A program made the position numbers and the translations under genes. 24,000 bases of DNA. Source: an archaeon (lineage in GTDB: Archaea > Nanobdellota > Nanobdellia > Pacearchaeales > GW2011-AR1). Below the pieces are notes generated by a model that saw only the letters and a list, made by a program, of their open reading frames with translations, was not told where the DNA came from and ran no database searches. Below are positions 23,289-24,000 of the stretch, piece after piece. The DNA is taken from positions 20,211-44,210 of the forward strand of contig JABHSE010000004.1 in assembly GCA_018697035.1 (NCBI GenBank). The letters are read 5' to 3'. Every line of letters starts with the position of its first letter. Within the stretch, counting starts at the first letter, position 1.

Positions 23289-23534
23289 TTATTTATTTAA
23301 AAATCCCCAAGCCCTAAGCGCGACTCCGGTAATCATCAATAATAAGATACTCATTGCAATCAGTGCCAAATAATCTAACGCATCTTCTACTTTAAATTGA
23401 TTATATATAGATATGGACTGAATAACTGCGCTCAAAGCAATTGCTATAGTTGCCGTTGCCATTATCTCATTAGTTTTTTTATTTCCCATCTGTATTAACT
23501 CAATTAATCGTCTACTCTGCATGTCTTCCCACAC
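23289..23534 (-). CDS. small membrane protein, 81 aa
   Basis: Two hydrophobic helices (IMATATIAIALSAVIQSI, YLALIAMSILLLMITGVAL). Overlaps the start of the TFS gene; true start may be MQSRRLIELIQMG or MGNKKTNEIM. Confidence 0.6.
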   Translation of the reverse strand: MWEDMQSRRLIELIQMGNKKTNEIMATATIAIALSAVIQSISIYNQFKVEDALDYLALIAMSILLLMITGVALRAWGFLNK

Positions 23535-23812
23535 TTAACACACTCATAAAACTTCGACTCCGCCTCATCCCCACTCCTCATCTGCCTAATCCAAAAATAC
23601 GCCCTCTTCGACTTACACTTCTTACAATCCCAATCCGTAATCGGGTTAACATTCGTCCCCTTCGCATCAACAACCGCAACAACCTGCCCCTCATCAACCT
23701 CTTCCTTCATCTCCATATCAATCTTCCCTTTTGCAACATAATCACATTTAGGACAACCAACCTTAGTTCTCTTCATAGCAAGAATACAACCACACTTCGG
23801 ACAAAATTCCAT
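23504..23812 (-). CDS. transcription factor S / RpoM-like (TFIIS/RPB9 family)
   Basis: Two zinc ribbons: 'FCPKCGCILAMKRTKVGCPKCDYV' and 'DWDCKKCKSKRAYFWIRQMRSGDEAESKFYECVKCGKTCRVDD'. Confidence 0.95.
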   Translation of the reverse strand: MEFCPKCGCILAMKRTKVGCPKCDYVAKGKIDMEMKEEVDEGQVVAVVDAKGTNVNPITDWDCKKCKSKRAYFWIRQMRSGDEAESKFYECVKCGKTCRVDD

Positions 23813-23844
23813 ACCTCAAAATCTAGAATCCAAACTTTAAATAA

Positions 23845-24000
23845 CTAACTGCAAAGCCCTCGTCTGTCAGTACTCTTCCCAGCCTCAAAAAAAATCAACT
23901 TAACCCATCCAATCGCCGGAACCTTAAATAAAGCCTTCCCAATTAGTCGAGATTCATCAATAGATTTCTCAGCAGGCCTTTGTTGCGAATTCGTCTTATA
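23845..24000 (-). CDS. partial CDS entering from the right edge (C-terminal end only)
   Basis: Manual reading ...KTNSQQRPAEKSIDESRLIGKALFKVPAIGWVKLIFFEAGKSTDRRGLCS*, open to the window edge. Confidence 0.4.
   Translation of the reverse strand, partial: YKTNSQQRPAEKSIDESRLIGKALFKVPAIGWVKLIFFEAGKSTDRRGLCS

Noticed and set aside
23101-23289. 62-aa minus-strand ORF MSRGDLNYSRF...WPRGDLNPRHLD
   Set aside because: Reads antisense through the tRNA-Lys 3' half and its duplicated copy. 'RGDLNPRHLD'-type peptides are a classic artefact of translating the tRNA T-arm. Its internal RGDLN repetition is the att-like duplication.

Overview
The window looks like a gene-dense archaeal chromosome segment, probably from a small-genome DPANN/Woesearchaeota-like lineage (lineage is an inference). 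Recognisable genes are TBP, TFS/RpoM-like factor, NAC, Sec61-beta, eL15, archaeal-type ATP-dependent DNA ligase, MinD/ParA, SerRS, a bacterial-style MetRS, thioredoxin, a SlyD-like FKBP, a zinc-ribbon/Hsp20 protein, standalone CRM and NFACT-R domain proteins, a wHTH-Nudix fusion, a wHTH + acyl-carrier-protein pair, and tRNA-Ile(GAT) and tRNA-Lys(CTT). The left ~1.85 kb carries a bacterial-looking hflK-hflC operon with a different compositional signature. The strongest unusual signal is at the two tRNA genes. Each is followed by a closely related ~67-nt sequence (60/67 columns identical by hand alignment) that folds into one long imperfect hairpin with a compensatory A-T to G-C change. At both loci the same end of that sequence abuts a second copy of that tRNA's own 3' end, like attL/attR of a tiny non-autonomous tRNA-targeting element. 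Other notable signals are a tandem ~24-nt array of short hairpins downstream of the hsp20-like gene, a thioredoxin 3'-end remnant differing only at synonymous sites, perfect inverted repeats in the promoters of two wHTH genes, and a strong C-over-G strand skew independent of gene orientation. All calls are from reading the sequence; no database or folding software was run.
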